Shown here: piece by piece, positions 60,988 through 64,000 of the stretch
Layout: each line of letters starts with the position of its first letter
Position numbering within the stretch: the stretch's first letter is position 1
From: an uncultured Gemmatimonadales bacterium
GTDB lineage: Bacteria > Gemmatimonadota > Gemmatimonadetes > Gemmatimonadales > GWC2-71-9
Assembly: GCA_963695555.1 (NCBI GenBank)
Contig: CAVOGR010000002.1
Span: 224,001-288,000 of the forward strand
Direction of reading: 5' to 3'
DNA length: 64,000 bases
Made by a program: the position numbers and the translations under genes
The notes under the pieces: model-generated
Told to the model about the DNA's origin: nothing
The model's input: only the letters and a program-made list of their open reading frames with translations
Databases searched by the model: none

Positions 60988-62090
60988 CCAACCCGCTGGT
61001 GGACCTCGGCCGGCTCGGCCAGAGCATTTGGTACGATTACATCACGCGCGATCTCATGGCATCGGGCGCGCTCCGCCGTTTGATCGAGCACGACGCGCTC
61101 GCGGGCATGACCAGCAACCCCACCATCTTCGAACAGGCTATCAGCGGGAGCACGGATTACGACGCGGACATTCGTCGCTTAGCGACGAAGGGATACCGCG
61201 CCGACGCAATCTTCGATGCCCTTACCATCGCGGACGTCCAGGCCGCGTGCGACGCCTTCCGGCCGGTGTACGACACGACCGACGAGGTGGACGGCCTGGT
61301 CTCGATCGAAGTCTCCCCCTCGCTGGCCCACCAAACCGCGCCGACACTTGCCGAGGCCCGGCGACTCTGGGGTGCGGTCGATCGTCCCAATCTCATGATA
61401 AAGATCCCCGGCACCGCCCCCGGCCTGCCGGCAATCGAGCGAGCGATACGTGAAGGGATCAACGTCAATATCACATTGCTCTTTTCCGTGGACCGCCATC
61501 GTGAGGTCATCGACGCGTACATGCGCGGACTGGAGCAGCGTCTGGCCGACGGGCTTCCCCTCGACCGGGTCGCGTCGGTGGCCAGCTTCTTTGTCAGCCG
61601 GGTCGACAGCAAGATCGACCCATGGTTGGACGCGGCGGATGCCCCGCCGGAGGTTCGCAGCAAGGCCGCGATCGCCAACGCGTGCACCGCCTATGACGCG
61701 TTCGAACGCGCGTTTCGTGGCCCACGCTGGGAGCGTCTCGCCGGGGCGGGCGGGCGCGTCCAGCGGCCTCTGTGGGCCTCCACCAGCACCAAGGATCCGC
61801 AATTGCCGGATGTGTACTACGTCGAGGCTTTGATCGCACCGTACACGGTCAACACCCTCCCACCCGCCACCCTCGAGGCCTATCGCGATCACGGCCGCCC
61901 CGAGGTTCGGCTGCCAGCCGGATTAGCCGCGGCCCCGCACCAGCTCGCCGCGCTGGCGGAGCACGGTATCGATTTGGATCGGGCCACTCGCGAACTCGAA
62001 GATGAGGGCGTCCAGAAGTTTGCCGATTCTTATCTCAAGGCCATCGCCAGCATCGAGCAGAAGGCCACACTCCTCGTGAGCGCCCCATGA
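60984..62090 (+). CDS. tal: Transaldolase
   Basis: [41 protein letters not shown]. Confidence 0.95.
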   Translation: MTNPLVDLGRLGQSIWYDYITRDLMASGALRRLIEHDALAGMTSNPTIFEQAISGSTDYDADIRRLATKGYRADAIFDALTIADVQAACDAFRPVYDTTDEVDGLVSIEVSPSLAHQTAPTLAEARRLWGAVDRPNLMIKIPGTAPGLPAIERAIREGINVNITLLFSVDRHREVIDAYMRGLEQRLADGLPLDRVASVASFFVSRVDSKIDPWLDAADAPPEVRSKAAIANACTAYDAFERAFRGPRWERLAGAGGRVQRPLWASTSTKDPQLPDVYYVEALIAPYTVNTLPPATLEAYRDHGRPEVRLPAGLAAAPHQLAALAEHGIDLDRATRELEDEGVQKFADSYLKAIASIEQKATLLVSAP

Positions 62091-63439
62091 CCGACGTCCC
62101 GGACAGCCCCTGGTACCGCAAGCTCCACTGGCAGATCATCCTCGGGCTCCTGTTCGGGGTCGCCTACGGTGTGATCGCCGCCGCAAACGGCTGGGGTGAA
62201 TTCACCAAGGACTGGATCGACCCCTTCGGTAAGATCTTCCTCAACGGGCTCAAGCTTATTGCGGTCCCGCTGGTGCTGGCGTCGCTGGTGACGGGGGTCG
62301 CGTCGCTCAGCGATCTCAAGAAGCTGTCCCGCATCGGTGGCAAGACCATCACGATCTACATCGCCACAACGGTCGTCTCCGTCACGCTGGGCCTCGTATT
62401 GGTCAATATCTTCAAGCCCGGCCATAGCGTGCCGGCCGACATGCGAGCCGAACTCCAGGCGACCTATGCGCAGGATGCGTCATCGGGCGAGGCCGCGGCG
62501 CAATCGGCCAGGGACCGGGGACCGCTCCAGATCATGGTCGACATCGTGCCCGACAATTTCTTCGAATCGGTGGGCGACAATCGGAACATGCTGCAAGTGG
62601 TGTTCCTGGCCATCTTGATCGGCATCGGCCTGATTCAGGTCCCGAAGGACCGAGCAAGCCCGGTGCTCGCGGTGTTCGAGGGATTCAACGCCATCATCAT
62701 CCGGCTGGTGGACCTGATCATGCTGATGGCCCCGGTCGGCGTGTTCGCGCTCATTGCGAGCACCATCACGTCGGTGGCCGGGGACAGCTTGGTCCAAATC
62801 GCGGAGCTGCTCCGCGCCTTGGGGTTCTACAGTCTCGTGGTGTTGTTGGGGTTGGTGCTGCACACGACGGTTACCTATCCGGTGCTGCTCAAGCTGTTCA
62901 CGCCCATGCCGCTCAAGACGTTCTTCGCCGGCATGGCACCGGTTCAATTGGTGGCGTTCTCCACGAGCTCGAGCGGCGCCACGCTGCCGCTCACGATGGA
63001 GCGCTGCGAGGAAAAACTCGGGATCTCGGAGGAGGTTTCGTCCTTCGTGCTGCCGCTCGGCGCCACCATTAACATGGATGGCACCGCCCTCTACCAAGCC
63101 GTGGCCGCGGTCTTCATTGCGCAGACCTTGGGCATGAACTTGGGACTGGGTGCGCAGTTGACCATCGTGTTGACGGCGGTGTTGGCGTCGATCGGGACGG
63201 CGGCAGTGCCGGGAGCCGGGATCATCATGTTGGTGATCATCCTCGAAGCCGTCGGCGTGCCGAGTGCGGGGATCGCATTGATTCTCGGAGTGGACCGGAT
63301 CCTGGACATGTGCCGGACGGTGACCAACGTGACCGGCGATGCCACCGTGGCCACCATTGTGGCGGCGTCTGAAAACGCGTTACTCGCGCCTGACTTGAGT
63401 GAGGCGGGGGACCGGATCCGGACGCGGTGGCGCGGCTAG
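62087..63439 (+). CDS. Dicarboxylate/amino acid:cation symporter (GltP family)
   Basis: AFSTSSSGATLP, GATINMDGTAL, GVDRILDMCRTVTN. Confidence 0.93.
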   Translation: MTDVPDSPWYRKLHWQIILGLLFGVAYGVIAAANGWGEFTKDWIDPFGKIFLNGLKLIAVPLVLASLVTGVASLSDLKKLSRIGGKTITIYIATTVVSVTLGLVLVNIFKPGHSVPADMRAELQATYAQDASSGEAAAQSARDRGPLQIMVDIVPDNFFESVGDNRNMLQVVFLAILIGIGLIQVPKDRASPVLAVFEGFNAIIIRLVDLIMLMAPVGVFALIASTITSVAGDSLVQIAELLRALGFYSLVVLLGLVLHTTVTYPVLLKLFTPMPLKTFFAGMAPVQLVAFSTSSSGATLPLTMERCEEKLGISEEVSSFVLPLGATINMDGTALYQAVAAVFIAQTLGMNLGLGAQLTIVLTAVLASIGTAAVPGAGIIMLVIILEAVGVPSAGIALILGVDRILDMCRTVTNVTGDATVATIVAASENALLAPDLSEAGDRIRTRWRG

Positions 63440-63476
63440 TCGAGCTCGAGCTCCAGTCACTTCCACATTACCACGC

Positions 63477-63520
63477 AAAAAAGAACGACCGCTCGATCCA
63501 TAGAGAACCGAGCGGTCGTT
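63477..63520 (-). terminator. Intrinsic terminator (U-tract on the minus strand)
   Basis: AACGACCGCTCG..CGAGCGGTCGTT followed on the minus strand by CTTTTTT. Confidence 0.75.
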
Positions 63521-63817
63521 ATAAGCCGGGCGGGTGGATTGTCCACCCTCAGCAGGCGCGGCGTTTTTCTACCGTGCCAGGTTCATGCCCCGAACAGGCA
63601 CAAATACCTTTTGCCCGGCCACTCAAGCGCCTCATCATGGGGCTCCTGCACACCCGCTCGGAGCGCGGTCCCCCTGGCCGTACCCCGGGGATGCCAACCT
63701 GCGGCATCCTACTCCAGCCCCCACGACCAGACGCCACGCACATCATAGCACCCGCTGTATGAAGTGGCCGGGAAGGTCGGATGAAGAAATCCGCTAGCCG
63801 GCCAACCGCTTGGGTCA

Positions 63818-64000
63818 TCAGTACTTCCATACCTGCCCGGGTTGCATGGCCTTCACCTCGACGCCGGCAGGACGGAAAGTAGACGGGTCTTGCTCGATGG
63901 GGGGCCAGGTGTTGTAGTGGATGGGGATCGCCACCTTGGGCCGAATCAGCTCGGCGGCCCGGGCGGCGAGGTCGGGCCCCATGGTGAAGCGGTCGCCGAT
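63818..64000 (-). CDS. UPF0173 metallo-beta-lactamase-fold hydrolase, C-terminal part
   Basis: [38 protein letters not shown]..stop at 63818. Confidence 0.85.
   Translation of the reverse strand: MGDRFTMGPDLAARAAELIRPKVAIPIHYNTWPPIEQDPSTFRPAGVEVKAMQPGQVWKY

Noticed and set aside
1..64000. CRISPR arrays, tRNA/rRNA, IS elements, prophage or defence islands
   Set aside because: No spaced direct repeats, cloverleaf with T-loop consensus, or transposase, integrase or phage genes seen by eye

Overview
High-GC (~65% by eye) bacterial chromosomal window with about 54 densely packed CDSs. Gene content and style (actinobacterial-type Kgd/SucA, fused E1 alpha/beta, eukaryotic-like kinase, minor-pilin cluster, sigma54-like promoters) suggest Gemmatimonadota, which is an inference only. 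Most genes are housekeeping: tag, dnaE2-like polymerase, ispH, PTPS-pabB-pabA, two phosphofructokinases, fused aconitase-family dehydratase, lon, fadI/fadJ, glpD, tkt/tal, rsgA and a type IV minor pilin set. No tRNA, rRNA, CRISPR array, transposase or phage gene was seen. The best signals are ones the ORF track misses. (1) A complete GEMM-I cyclic-dinucleotide riboswitch with the A20 signature of 3',3'-cGAMP sensors, a terminator/antiterminator platform and a sigma54-like promoter, upstream of an HExxH lipoprotein gene. (2) A UGA-recoded SelW/Rdx selenoprotein with a SECIS hairpin between two divergent PFK genes of opposite predicted phosphoryl-donor type. (3) An HrpB-like helicase whose motif Ia lies before motif I. 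(4) Two unassigned multibranch RNA structures. (5) A CExxHGH PTPS-I/III hybrid in a folate operon. (6) A probable CTG start for transketolase. Two single-base frameshifts (pilW-like, fadI) are probably assembly errors.
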